Shown here piece after piece: positions 40,765 to 50,375 of a stretch of DNA of 64,000 nucleotides. The DNA is from an uncultured Arcobacter sp. GTDB taxonomy: Bacteria > Campylobacterota > Campylobacteria > Campylobacterales > Arcobacteraceae. How positions within the stretch are numbered: position 1 is the stretch's first letter; each line of letters begins with the position of its first letter. The DNA lies in contig OZ223301.1 in the NCBI GenBank assembly GCA_965140705.1, positions 274,490-338,489 of the forward strand, in the 5' to 3' direction. The notes below the pieces were generated by a model, which was given only the letters and a program-made list of their open reading frames with translations, searched no databases and was not told where the DNA came from. The translations under genes and the position numbers were made by a program.

Positions 40765-40935
40765 ATGAAACATTTAAGAGGTTATAAAAAACGATACTTT
40801 TCGTTAGCAATTATTGCAATGTATTCGACTTTATTTAAGTTGTGTACTATAGATAATAATAGACAATACCATCTTAAAGCTATAAAATTCCAAGAGTATA
40901 AAACTTCTCCTCCCTTACTAACTTTAAATTACTAA
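40765..40935 (+). CDS. Putative leader peptide (56 aa) upstream of the cbi operon (not in the ORF track)
   Basis: MKHLRGYKKRYFSLAIIAMYSTLFKLCTIDNNRQYHLKAIKFQEYKTSPPLLTLNY: basic N-terminus, hydrophobic core, C-terminal SPP. Confidence 0.6.
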   Translation: MKHLRGYKKRYFSLAIIAMYSTLFKLCTIDNNRQYHLKAIKFQEYKTSPPLLTLNY

Positions 40936-41004
40936 TTAAAACAATCATCTCATATAGTTAAATCTATAAACACATTTAAAATATTTATAATACAAGGACG
41001 AATC

Positions 41005-41703
41005 ATGCATATAGAATCAGGTGTAGTGCAAGGTGCAAAAATCTTATTGAGTTATGGAACAGCTGCTGTTTCATTTGGAATTGCTATAAAAATGGCATTA
41101 AATAGTATAAAAAATAGTGGGGTAATTCCATTTATTGTTAAAACTATAATTTCTACAATTTTAGTTTTTATATTTTTTGAGGTACTTCCCCATTATCCAG
41201 TAGGAGTTTCAGAAGTTCATCTAATCTTAGGTTCAACTCTATTTTTAATATTTGGTGCTAGTTCAGCTGCTTTTGGTTTGGCTTTAGGTCTTTTGATTCA
41301 AGGAGTATTTTTCGCACCCTTTGATTTACCACAATATGGTATGAATGTAACAACTATTCTTATGCCTTTATTTGCAATGGGCTATTTAGCAAAAAGAGTT
41401 ATTCCTCAAAATATTGCATACAAAGATATTGCTTATAAAGATACTTTAAAATTATCACTTGCCTACCAAGGTGGAATTGTAACTTGGGTTGCTTTTTGGG
41501 CACTTTATGGACAAGGTTTTGGAATAGAAAATCTAAGTGCAGTTGCTACTTTTGGAATCTCATATATGAGTGTTGTAATTTTAGAACCACTTATTGATTT
41601 AGCTGTGCTTGCAGGTGCAAAAACACTTGGAAAATTAGAAAATAGTCCTTTTGTAGAAAAAAGACTTTATAAAGCAGTTGCACTGAAAAATGAAAAGATA
41701 TAG
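41005..41703 (+). CDS. cbiM: CbiM-family cobalt transporter (solitary ECF S-component)
   Basis: N-terminal MHI metal motif, VSEVHLILGS, multiple TM helices. First gene of the cbi operon. Confidence 0.85.
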   Translation: MHIESGVVQGAKILLSYGTAAVSFGIAIKMALNSIKNSGVIPFIVKTIISTILVFIFFEVLPHYPVGVSEVHLILGSTLFLIFGASSAAFGLALGLLIQGVFFAPFDLPQYGMNVTTILMPLFAMGYLAKRVIPQNIAYKDIAYKDTLKLSLAYQGGIVTWVAFWALYGQGFGIENLSAVATFGISYMSVVILEPLIDLAVLAGAKTLGKLENSPFVEKRLYKAVALKNEKI

Positions 41704-42508
41704 ACACTATAAAAAAGATAAAGCAATAATTTTATCGTGTTTTGGTTCTATAATTGAACAACAAAAATATTTAGACTTAAAAAAGAGTATTGAAGAGCAA
41801 TTTGAAGGAATTGATGTCTTTATAGCTATTAGCTCTAGAATGGTTTTAAAAGGTTTGATTAAACATGGATTTGAGTACAAAAATTTAGCTCAAACAATAG
41901 CAGATGTTGATATGCATGGATATAAGAATATTATAGTTGCTTCTATAAATCTTTTTCCAGCTTGTGAACATGAGCTTTTGAAGAAGACTGTTGAAGGATT
42001 TAGACATTTTTCATTTTCAAATATTAGATTGTCAAATGCAATTTTTACAAGAACAAAAGATACAACACTTTTTTTAAAAGAACTTGATGAAAGAGTTTCG
42101 AAAAAAAATACAGCAAATTTATATGTGATACATGGAACTCCAAAGTTAGAACTTGGAGGATTAGAATCAGTTACTTATAGTGCTAGGTATTTAGAACAAA
42201 AAAGAAAAGGAAATTATGCTTGTTCTCTAGAAGGTGCTTTTCCTTTTTTTGCTATTAAAGATGAACTTATAAAAAGAATAAAAAAAGATGGTTTTAAAAA
42301 AGTTCAAATAGTACCTATGCTTTTAGTAAGTGGAAATCACTACATAAATGATATGGCTGAAATAAGTAAAGAGTTAGGTGAACATTTTAAAACAAAAATT
42401 GCAAAAAGTCTAAGTAAGGATGAAAAGTTTAATCTTTTACAAATGCCAACAATAAAAGAGATTATTGTTAATAACATAAAAGAAGAGATAATAAAACTTG
42501 GACACTAA
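41690..42508 (+). CDS. cbiK: Sirohydrochlorin cobaltochelatase
   Basis: SCFGS, VIHGT and PMLLVSGNHY carry the two CbiK histidines. Confidence 0.85.
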   Translation: MKRYRHYKKDKAIILSCFGSIIEQQKYLDLKKSIEEQFEGIDVFIAISSRMVLKGLIKHGFEYKNLAQTIADVDMHGYKNIIVASINLFPACEHELLKKTVEGFRHFSFSNIRLSNAIFTRTKDTTLFLKELDERVSKKNTANLYVIHGTPKLELGGLESVTYSARYLEQKRKGNYACSLEGAFPFFAIKDELIKRIKKDGFKKVQIVPMLLVSGNHYINDMAEISKELGEHFKTKIAKSLSKDEKFNLLQMPTIKEIIVNNIKEEIIKLGH

Positions 42509-43190
42509 AACAAAATTATATATGGTTTCACTAGGTCCTGCAAATTGGGAACTTGTGACCATAAAAGCCTTAAAGGCACTCCAAACATGCGGTGCTATTT
42601 GTATCCCTACTAAAAGTAAGGATCATAGCTTTACAAGGTCAATTACATATAAAATCATAAAAGACTTGATGGATGAATATGGTTTTTCAAAACCTATTAT
42701 TCCAGTATACGCACCTATGCATTTTAAGAAAAAAGATTGGCAATATCAAGTAGATATTTTAGAAGATGGAATAAAAAAGTATGAAAGTGTATCTTTTGTG
42801 ACACTTGGAGATGCAGCTGTATATAGTACAGTATATTATTTACTTGATATGATTAAAAAACAAAATAAAAAATTATATAAAAGAAGTGAAGTAATTGCAG
42901 GAATCACATCTTTTTCTTATGCCTCTTCAAGGGTAAAAAAGCCCTTATGTTTAGGTGATAATAGATTTGAGATTATTCCTTTACTTGGTAAAGATGTTCC
43001 TAGTACAAAAGTATATATGCGACCAAAAGTTGGACTTGATACCAAACATATGCAAGAAGATGGGACAATGTATACATTTCAAAATCTAAATTTTGCAGGG
43101 GAACATATCCAAAAAGGGAAAATACAAAAAGTAGAAAAATATATGACACTTTTTATAGATTTTTTAAAAACAAAAAAAGGTAAAAAATAA
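42498..43190 (+). CDS. cbiL: Cobalt-precorrin-2 C20-methyltransferase
   Basis: SLGPANWELVTIKA, FVTLGDAAVYST, IAGITSF. Confidence 0.85.
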   Translation: MDTKTKLYMVSLGPANWELVTIKALKALQTCGAICIPTKSKDHSFTRSITYKIIKDLMDEYGFSKPIIPVYAPMHFKKKDWQYQVDILEDGIKKYESVSFVTLGDAAVYSTVYYLLDMIKKQNKKLYKRSEVIAGITSFSYASSRVKKPLCLGDNRFEIIPLLGKDVPSTKVYMRPKVGLDTKHMQEDGTMYTFQNLNFAGEHIQKGKIQKVEKYMTLFIDFLKTKKGKK

Positions 43191-43900
43191 TGGAGTTTTT
43201 AAAAGAAGAGCCTCCTGTAAATATTGGAGCAGATATTTCAATAAAATCATTCGAGATGATAAAAAAAGAACTTCAAGATTATGAAAAAGCAAAAGAGTTT
43301 GATGAAAATCAAATGGAAGTTATAAGTAGACTTATTCATACAACTACTTGTTTTGAGGAAGTTTTAGAAAATATCTTTTTTACAAAAGATGCAATTCCTA
43401 GAATACAAGAACTACTTAAAAAACAAGCAAAAATAATAGTTGATGTAAATATGATAAAAGTAGGACTTAGTGATTTTTATTTAAAACAATACTCCAACGA
43501 AGTGATTTGTTATATAAAAGAGCCCTTTACTTATGAAAGGGCAGAAAAAAATAAGACAACAAGAAGTTATGCAGCAGTAGTAGAAGCAATAAAAAGACAC
43601 AAAAATGAGCCTATGATTCTTGCTTGTGGGAATGCTCCTACTTTTATATATGCAGCTATAAATACACTTCTTGATGAAAATGTTGATCTTAAAAATGTGG
43701 CATTTTTACTTTTTCCTGTTGGTTTTGTGAATGTTGTAGAGTCAAAAAAATATGGGAAAAGATTTTGTGAACATTTTGATGTGCCAGCTGTTATTATGGA
43801 AGGTAGATTTGGAAGTTCAACTATGACAGTTGCAACCTTACATGCTACATATAAATTAATCAAAGATTTTGATGGAAAAGATAAATACAATGGAAAATAA
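43190..43900 (+). CDS. cbiC: Cobalt-precorrin-8 methylmutase
   Basis: SFEMI, RLIHTT, TTRS, GNAPT, PVGFVNVVESK, GRFGSS. Confidence 0.9.
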   Translation: MEFLKEEPPVNIGADISIKSFEMIKKELQDYEKAKEFDENQMEVISRLIHTTTCFEEVLENIFFTKDAIPRIQELLKKQAKIIVDVNMIKVGLSDFYLKQYSNEVICYIKEPFTYERAEKNKTTRSYAAVVEAIKRHKNEPMILACGNAPTFIYAAINTLLDENVDLKNVAFLLFPVGFVNVVESKKYGKRFCEHFDVPAVIMEGRFGSSTMTVATLHATYKLIKDFDGKDKYNGK

Positions 43901-44339
43901 AATTTATAATAACATGGGAAGTGAAGTAGCTGTCGGCTTTATTTGTAAGCCCAAAAAACTAGATCAAAATAAACCAATAATGCATTTTAAAACGCAGCTT
44001 TTTATTTGTGATGGAGAGAGATGTTCAAAAACACAAAAAGGTAATGACCTAGCAGGAAAACTAAGAGATATTATAAAGGAGTTAGGGCTTCATAAAGGTA
44101 AGAATCGTATAAAAATATCTAGAACTAACTGTTTTGGAGCTTGTAGATTTAGACAAGTTGCAGTTACTTTTGAAAATACTAAAGTAAATGGAAATTTGGT
44201 CAATAATAATATTTGGTTAAAAAATATTCATAAATATGATGAATCAAAATGGAAAGAGTTATTTTTAGCTTTAAGTACAAATAAAGAGCTTAGGGAAGAT
44301 TTATATGCTCAAGTTCCTATGAGTGAAATAGATGAGTAA
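43890..44339 (+). CDS. Thioredoxin-like [2Fe-2S] ferredoxin (CbiW-like)
   Basis: FICDGERC...SRTNCFGAC, four-Cys pattern of TRX-like ferredoxins. Confidence 0.8.
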   Translation: MENKIYNNMGSEVAVGFICKPKKLDQNKPIMHFKTQLFICDGERCSKTQKGNDLAGKLRDIIKELGLHKGKNRIKISRTNCFGACRFRQVAVTFENTKVNGNLVNNNIWLKNIHKYDESKWKELFLALSTNKELREDLYAQVPMSEIDE

Positions 44340-45361
44340 TGGGTGAAAAAGAATTAAGAAAAGGCTTAACAACTGGTGCTCATGCATTTTTACTTTTTTG
44401 TTCAGCCTTAACTGATTTTTTTGAAAGAAAAAAACTAGCTATTTGTAAAATAAATAAGATGGATAATGATGACCTTGATGTGACAAAGGGGTGTGAAATA
44501 GTGGTATGCATTAGTGATAATTTGCATGAATTAAACTTGAACAATATCACCCACAACCCTTCAGTTTTTTTAGTGAATTCAAACAAATTATCTATTTATG
44601 CGGGAGAAGGTGTTGGTGTTGTTACAAAAAAAGGTCTAAAGATAGAGCCTTCTTTCCCAGCAATTAATCCAGTCCCAAGAGATGCCATTTTTAAAGCCTT
44701 TGAAGAGTTAAGTTCAAAATATCAGAATTTAGACTTAAAGTGCACAATTTCTGTGACAGATGGTGAAGAGATATCAAAAAGAACTGCTAACTCAAAAGTT
44801 GGAGTCCTAGGTGGTATTTCAATTTTAGGAACAAAAGGAATTGTAAAACCAGTTTCTAGTTCTGCTTATATTGATTCAGTAAAAACTGAAATAGAGTTTG
44901 CCATAAAAAATGGTTATGAGACTTTGTATTTTACTTTGGGTAATTCAGCCTTAGAAGTAGCAAAAAAATACTCAAATGAAGAAGCTATTATAGAAATAGG
45001 AAATTTTGTATTTGATTCTATTGAAATAGCAGTAAAAGAAGGTGCAAAAGAGGTCATCTTTTTATGTGGAATTGGAAAGATGACAAAGGTTTATCAAGGT
45101 TTTAAAAATACACATAATCGTTTTGGGGTGATAGATTTTGAACTACTTCAAAAAGATATAGAAGAAGAACTAGGCTTTAAAGTGGATATTCAATCAACTT
45201 TGACAGTAAAAGGAATCTCCCAAGAGCTAGAAAAGTATGGGCTCTTAGTAGAGTTTTATAAAATGATAACAAAAAAAGCAAATGAACAAATAAAGCTTTG
45301 GCATAAAGATTCAAATGTAAAAGCCATAATATTAGAACAAAAGGATGTCTTAGGATGGTAA
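44339..45361 (+). CDS. cbiD: Cobalt-precorrin-5B C1-methyltransferase
   Basis: LRKGLTTG, DDLDVT, GEGVGVVTKKGL, AINPVPR, GGISILGTKGIVKP. Confidence 0.93.
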   Translation: MGEKELRKGLTTGAHAFLLFCSALTDFFERKKLAICKINKMDNDDLDVTKGCEIVVCISDNLHELNLNNITHNPSVFLVNSNKLSIYAGEGVGVVTKKGLKIEPSFPAINPVPRDAIFKAFEELSSKYQNLDLKCTISVTDGEEISKRTANSKVGVLGGISILGTKGIVKPVSSSAYIDSVKTEIEFAIKNGYETLYFTLGNSALEVAKKYSNEEAIIEIGNFVFDSIEIAVKEGAKEVIFLCGIGKMTKVYQGFKNTHNRFGVIDFELLQKDIEEELGFKVDIQSTLTVKGISQELEKYGLLVEFYKMITKKANEQIKLWHKDSNVKAIILEQKDVLGW

Positions 45362-46527
45362 CAATTATTGGTAATGGAATGGGTGAATATGATTTTTCTA
45401 ATCTCAATATTGACACAACAAAATATGACAAAATATTATGTGATGTAAACTTTAAAGAAGAACAAAACAATATTCTAAAACTAAAATTCAAAGAGATAAA
45501 AAAGTATATACAAAGTAACTATGAAAAAGAGAATATTCTTTATGTAGTTACAGGAAGCCCTTTGTTTTTTAGCGCTGGGATAACCATAGCAAATACTCTA
45601 CCAAAAGAAAAAGTAAAAATTATAAACAATACTTCTAGTAAAGATTATATGATGGAAAAGCTTTTTATTAGTGAGGCAAATATTGATACTGTTTCTTTAC
45701 ATGGAAGAGAGCATTTTGATTTATCTAGGTTTTTGACGAACAGTTATACTTTTGTGCTTTGTGATAAGGATTCAATTAAAAAAATAATTGGAGCAATCAA
45801 GTTTTTAAATAAAGAGGATATTACTGTAAGTATAGGGTATAAACTTGGATATGAAGATGAGATTATAAAACAAATAGATATTTTCTCAAAGGAGGGAGAT
45901 TCTTTTGATTTATCAAAGCCTTATGTTTTAGTTATAAAAAGAAATTTTGCACTTAAAAATGAAGTAAGTAAAGATGTAGAGTTTGACACCCAAAGGGGAA
46001 TGATAACTAAAAAATACAAACGACACCTAAGCTTACAAAATCTTGATTTAAAAGCAAATCAGCTTTTCTGGGATATTGGTGCTGGAAGTGGAAGTTGTGG
46101 TATAGAAGCTTATACAAGATATAAAACAAGAACACTCTTTTTTGAAAAGAATGAAGAGAGAATAGAACATATTAAAAAAAATCTAACAAAGCATAAGGTG
46201 ATAGCTTGTGAACTTTTTGTAGGTGAAGCCCAAGATAAATTTGAAAGCTTAGAAGAAAATCCACAAAAAATATTTGTAGGTGGTGGAGGTGAAGAAGTTA
46301 TAAAAAGACTTCCTTATCTTTATGAAAGACTTGAAGAAGGAGGAATCATGCTAATAAATGCTATTACCCTAAAACATCTTTCAATGATGAATATAGTTTT
46401 AAATGAAGCAAATATAGATTATGAAATCCACTCAATAAGCCTTACAACGTATAAAGGAAAACTTGATTTAGTAGAACCTGAAAGACAATTATTCCAAATA
46501 AAGATAATAAAAGGGGAAAGCAAATGA
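45355..46527 (+). CDS. cbiET: Fused CbiE/CbiT C5,C15-methyltransferase (decarboxylating)
   Basis: N-terminal half TGSPLFFSAG/SLHGR; C-terminal half GMITKK, WDIGAGSGSCGIE, FVGGGG. Confidence 0.88.
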   Translation: MVTIIGNGMGEYDFSNLNIDTTKYDKILCDVNFKEEQNNILKLKFKEIKKYIQSNYEKENILYVVTGSPLFFSAGITIANTLPKEKVKIINNTSSKDYMMEKLFISEANIDTVSLHGREHFDLSRFLTNSYTFVLCDKDSIKKIIGAIKFLNKEDITVSIGYKLGYEDEIIKQIDIFSKEGDSFDLSKPYVLVIKRNFALKNEVSKDVEFDTQRGMITKKYKRHLSLQNLDLKANQLFWDIGAGSGSCGIEAYTRYKTRTLFFEKNEERIEHIKKNLTKHKVIACELFVGEAQDKFESLEENPQKIFVGGGGEEVIKRLPYLYERLEEGGIMLINAITLKHLSMMNIVLNEANIDYEIHSISLTTYKGKLDLVEPERQLFQIKIIKGESK

Positions 46528-47267
46528 TATATTTCATAGGTGCAGGTCCTGGTGACCCAGAGCTTATAACTGTAAAGGCTATGAATATTTTAAAAAAAGC
46601 AGATGCAGTTTTATATACAGGTTCCCTTGTTCCAAAAGAAGTGCTCTCTTGGTGCAAAAAAGATGCCTTAGTTGTAGATTCTCAAGGTATGAAATATCCA
46701 GAGATATTTGAGTTTTTGTCTAAGCATAAAGATAAAATAGTGGCAAGAGTTCATACTGGTGATCCTTCTATTTATTCAACTATTGCAAAACAAATTGAAT
46801 ATCTAAAAGAGCAAAATATAAAATATAGTGTAATACCTGGAATCACAGCTGCCTTTGGTGCAGCTGCTAGTTTAGGAATAGAATATACTATTCCAGGAGT
46901 TTCTCAAACGATTATACTAACAAGAGTAGAAGGTAAAACTCCAAATCCTGAAAAACTAGAAAATATACTAGCTTGCAAAAACTCCTCATTGGCATTTTAT
47001 TTATCAATACTACTTTTAAATAAGTTAAAAAAGAAGGCTTTGGAGTTAGGTTATAGTCCTGATACACCTTGTTGGGTAGTGGAAAAAGCTACTTGGAAAG
47101 AAGAGAAAATATATAAGGGAACTATATTGGATATCCAAAACAAAGTATCACATATAAAAGGGGTAGCTCTTATACTTTTTGGGGAGTACCTAAATCAAAA
47201 AGAGACAGAAGAATCACATCTTTATGTAAAGCCTTTGATAAAAGAGTTAGGGAAAAATAAATGTTAA
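46524..47267 (+). CDS. cbiF: Cobalt-precorrin-4 C11-methyltransferase
   Basis: FIGAGPGDPELITVK, YTGSLV, RVHTGDPSIY, PGVSQTIILTR. Confidence 0.93.
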   Translation: MIYFIGAGPGDPELITVKAMNILKKADAVLYTGSLVPKEVLSWCKKDALVVDSQGMKYPEIFEFLSKHKDKIVARVHTGDPSIYSTIAKQIEYLKEQNIKYSVIPGITAAFGAAASLGIEYTIPGVSQTIILTRVEGKTPNPEKLENILACKNSSLAFYLSILLLNKLKKKALELGYSPDTPCWVVEKATWKEEKIYKGTILDIQNKVSHIKGVALILFGEYLNQKETEESHLYVKPLIKELGKNKC

Positions 47268-48277
47268 AAATAGCAATAATCTCTATAAATCAACCAAGCC
47301 TAAATAGTGCAATAAAATTAAATAAATATTTAAGTAAGTATGAAGTCGATATATATGGGAAAAAAGATTTAGAACATGATTTTGAGAAGCTTATTTGTTA
47401 TGAAAAGATAGATACTGTTTTAACAAATGCTTGGAAAAAATATGACGCTATTATTTGTATTCTTGCTATGGGAATAGTTGTAAGAAAGATTGCACCACTT
47501 CTTGAAAGTAAAGCAACAGATCCAGCAGTTTTAGTTATGAGTATGGATTTGTCAAAGGTTATACCTTTACTTAGTGGACATATTGGTGGAGCAAATGAGT
47601 TAAGTGATGTAATTGCAAAAAAAATAGATGGTTGTATAAATTTTATATCAACTGCGACGGATCAAGTAAAGGTATTTGCATTTGATATGTTTGCAAAAAA
47701 AAATGCTATGAAAATAGAGAATCTAAATAAGTTAGCAAATATCTCAAATAGACTTATAAACAAACAAAAAGTAAAAGTATTTACCTATAAGAATATTTTT
47801 GATGCTATTGATGATAAAAATAATTTGCAGTTAATTAGTGTTGATGAAATTGATGAAAATACAGTAATCATAAATCCTTTAAAATCAACTGATAAGTTAC
47901 AGTTAAAACCAAAAATATATTTAGGTATGGGATGTAATAGAAATACAAGTTTTGAAGATATAGAAAAAGCTTTTTTATACTTTTTGGATAAATATAATTT
48001 AGCTTTAGAACAAATAGAAAATATAGCTTCTTTTGAAGCAAAAAATGATGAAGTAGGGCTTTTAGCTTTTGCAAAGAAATATAACTTTGATATTAAGTTC
48101 TTTGATGAAAAACAAATAAATGCTTTAGAGGGTGAGTTTAGTCCTTCCCAAGCTAAAAAGTTCTTTGGGCTAAAAGGTGTAGCAGAGCCATCAAGTGTGC
48201 TGGTATCTAAATACAAAGAGTTGATAATACCTAAAGAGGTATATGAAAAGAAAATAACAATTGCAGGGGCAGTTTAG
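47261..48277 (+). CDS. cbiG: Cobalt-precorrin-5A hydrolase
   Basis: AMGIVVRKIAP, KATDPAV, LLSGHIGGAN, STATD, GMGCNR, GVAEPS. Confidence 0.93.
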   Translation: MLKIAIISINQPSLNSAIKLNKYLSKYEVDIYGKKDLEHDFEKLICYEKIDTVLTNAWKKYDAIICILAMGIVVRKIAPLLESKATDPAVLVMSMDLSKVIPLLSGHIGGANELSDVIAKKIDGCINFISTATDQVKVFAFDMFAKKNAMKIENLNKLANISNRLINKQKVKVFTYKNIFDAIDDKNNLQLISVDEIDENTVIINPLKSTDKLQLKPKIYLGMGCNRNTSFEDIEKAFLYFLDKYNLALEQIENIASFEAKNDEVGLLAFAKKYNFDIKFFDEKQINALEGEFSPSQAKKFFGLKGVAEPSSVLVSKYKELIIPKEVYEKKITIAGAV

Positions 48278-49056
48278 TGAATAGATTATATATAGTAAGT
48301 AGTGGAGCAGGGGGAGTTCATTATATAACTCCAGAGGCTAGAAGAGCGATAGCTGAGTGTGAGGTAGTAGTATCTTATACTAAATATGCAAGGGAGCTTA
48401 AAAGTATACTAGAAGATAAAGAGGTTTATACTTCAGGTATGACCCATGAGATTGAAAGATGTACACAAGCAATAGAATATGCAAAGCAAGGTAAAACTAC
48501 TTGCATAATCTCAAATGGAGATGCCAATGTATTTGGTATGGCAACACTAATAGTTGAATTAATAGATGAAAAGAATCTCTGGGATAGTATCGAGCTTATT
48601 TCTCTTCCTGGAGTGACTTCATTTTTAGCAGCAGCTTCAAAGGTTGGAGCTCCTGTGTCTCAAGATTTTGCGATAATTTCTTTATCTGATAGATTAACAG
48701 ATATAAATTTAATAGATAAGAGAGTTAAGTCTGCTTTAGAGTGTGATTTTGTTATGGGAATATACAATCCAAAATCGAAAAAAAGAATTCTACCATATCA
48801 AAACTTCCTTTCTAGACTTGATGAGGTCGAGGAGCGAATAGCAATCATTGCCCAAAATGTAGGAAGAGATGAAAAGGAAAACACAACTATCACTACTACA
48901 ACTGAGTTAATAAAAGAGAATATTAATCATGAAAAAGTAGGCATGAACACAATAATTATAATTTGTAACTCAAATACAAAACTTACAAAAAATGGTTTAG
49001 TTCTTACTCCAAGAGGCTATTTAAATAAGTATGAGACAAGTGGAGAGTTAAAATAA
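48277..49056 (+). CDS. cbiH: Cobalt-precorrin-3 C17-methyltransferase
   Basis: SNGDANVFGMA, PGVTS, DFAIISLSDRLT, YNPKSKKR, TPRGY. Confidence 0.92.
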   Translation: MNRLYIVSSGAGGVHYITPEARRAIAECEVVVSYTKYARELKSILEDKEVYTSGMTHEIERCTQAIEYAKQGKTTCIISNGDANVFGMATLIVELIDEKNLWDSIELISLPGVTSFLAAASKVGAPVSQDFAIISLSDRLTDINLIDKRVKSALECDFVMGIYNPKSKKRILPYQNFLSRLDEVEERIAIIAQNVGRDEKENTTITTTTELIKENINHEKVGMNTIIIICNSNTKLTKNGLVLTPRGYLNKYETSGELK

Positions 49057-49169
49057 GTAATATTTAGAAAAGTTTTATTTTAAGTTTTTAAGTATTGTTT
49101 AAAATCTTATATTATATTATACTTCTATTACTTACCTAAAGTAATGTAACAGAATATAAGGAAAGTATA

Positions 49170-49739
49170 ATGAAAAAAACATTGGTTATATTAGCTCATC
49201 CTAATATGAAAGAATCAAGACTAAATAAAGAGATGATTAATAGTATAAAAGATGAGCCTTTTATAACTATTAATGATTTGTATTCAAAGTATAAATCCTT
49301 TGATGATATTGATGTAAAAGAAGAACAAAAACTTCTTTTAGAACATGATAGGATTGTATTTCAGTTTCCCCTTTATTGGTTTAGTTCTCCTGGCTTATTA
49401 AAAGATTGGCAAGATAAGGTTTTGGAATATGGTTTTGCATATGGAAGTGATGGTTATAAACTTGCAAATAAAGAGTTTAAAATAGCAATTACAATTGGCT
49501 CACCAGAATATGCATATCAATCAGGAGCATATATACAAGCAAGTATTAATGAGATATTAAAACCTTTTGAGATAACTGCAAAGTTTATTCATATGACTTT
49601 TACCTCTACATTTACAGTTCATCGTGCTTTAAAAATAACAGATGAAGAGCTTAAAGAAAAAGCTTTAGAGTATAAAGATATTTTGTCAAAACAAGATTGG
49701 TCTACTTCATTATTTAAATATTTAGCTGAGGCTAATTAA
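49170..49739 (+). CDS. Flavodoxin-fold NAD(P)H oxidoreductase (KefF/KefG-like)
   Basis: LAHP, IDVKEEQ, FQFPLYWFSSPGLLKDWQD, GFAYG. Confidence 0.9.
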   Translation: MKKTLVILAHPNMKESRLNKEMINSIKDEPFITINDLYSKYKSFDDIDVKEEQKLLLEHDRIVFQFPLYWFSSPGLLKDWQDKVLEYGFAYGSDGYKLANKEFKIAITIGSPEYAYQSGAYIQASINEILKPFEITAKFIHMTFTSTFTVHRALKITDEELKEKALEYKDILSKQDWSTSLFKYLAEAN

Positions 49740-49761
49740 GGACTTACTATGTAAGTCCTTA
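49737..49761. terminator. Bidirectional terminator
   Basis: TAAGGACTTAC-tat-GTAAGTCCTTA 11-bp stem between convergent genes. Confidence 0.75.
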
Positions 49762-49771
49762 GAATAGATTT

Positions 49772-50344
49772 TTAGTGTTTTTTTACTTCTATTGATTGTT
49801 TTTTCATTCTATATAATTCATAAGCTTCATTTTCAAATTCATCATAATCTAAAATCTCAAATTCATCACTAAAAAAACTTTTTAATTCACCTTTTTGTAA
49901 TAAGAAATCAGGATTTGATGATGGTTTTTCATTTATCTCATCATGCATATAAGTCTCAATAAATAGTATACCATCAGTTTTGAGTGCAGAGGCTAATTTG
50001 GGTATTAGTTTTCTATCAAGAAAGTTTGTCATGATGATAAGGTCATAAGTATTTTTAGATACTTCATATTCATCTAAATCAACTAGTTTACAAGTGATAT
50101 TACTAAAGCCTTTTTTATCAAGTTCATTTAGGGCAACTTGAGAAATATCTATTGCTTCAACATCAAAACCCTTTGATGCAAGATAAATAGAATTTCTACC
50201 AGCTCCACTAGCCACATCAAGAGCTTTTTTACCTTTTACTTTTGTAAGTAAGTTGATTAGTTTTTTACTAGGCTCTCTTTTTTCAAGTAGTGAGGGTGTA
50301 TTTTGATATTTTTTATCCCATTTTAATTTGTCATTTAGTGCCAT
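49772..50344 (-). CDS. Class I SAM-dependent methyltransferase (TehB-like)
   Basis: KWDKKY, ALDVASGAGRNSIYLA, AIDIS. Confidence 0.88.
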   Translation of the reverse strand: MALNDKLKWDKKYQNTPSLLEKREPSKKLINLLTKVKGKKALDVASGAGRNSIYLASKGFDVEAIDISQVALNELDKKGFSNITCKLVDLDEYEVSKNTYDLIIMTNFLDRKLIPKLASALKTDGILFIETYMHDEINEKPSSNPDFLLQKGELKSFFSDEFEILDYDEFENEAYELYRMKKQSIEVKKH

Positions 50345-50375
50345 TTTTTCTCTTTATAATATTTTTTAGAAAATA

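Noticed and set aside
40698..41004. Cobalamin riboswitch upstream of cbiM
   Set aside because: No conserved core or B12 box visible and too little pairing potential; the space is taken by a short ORF. An Infernal scan would confirm.
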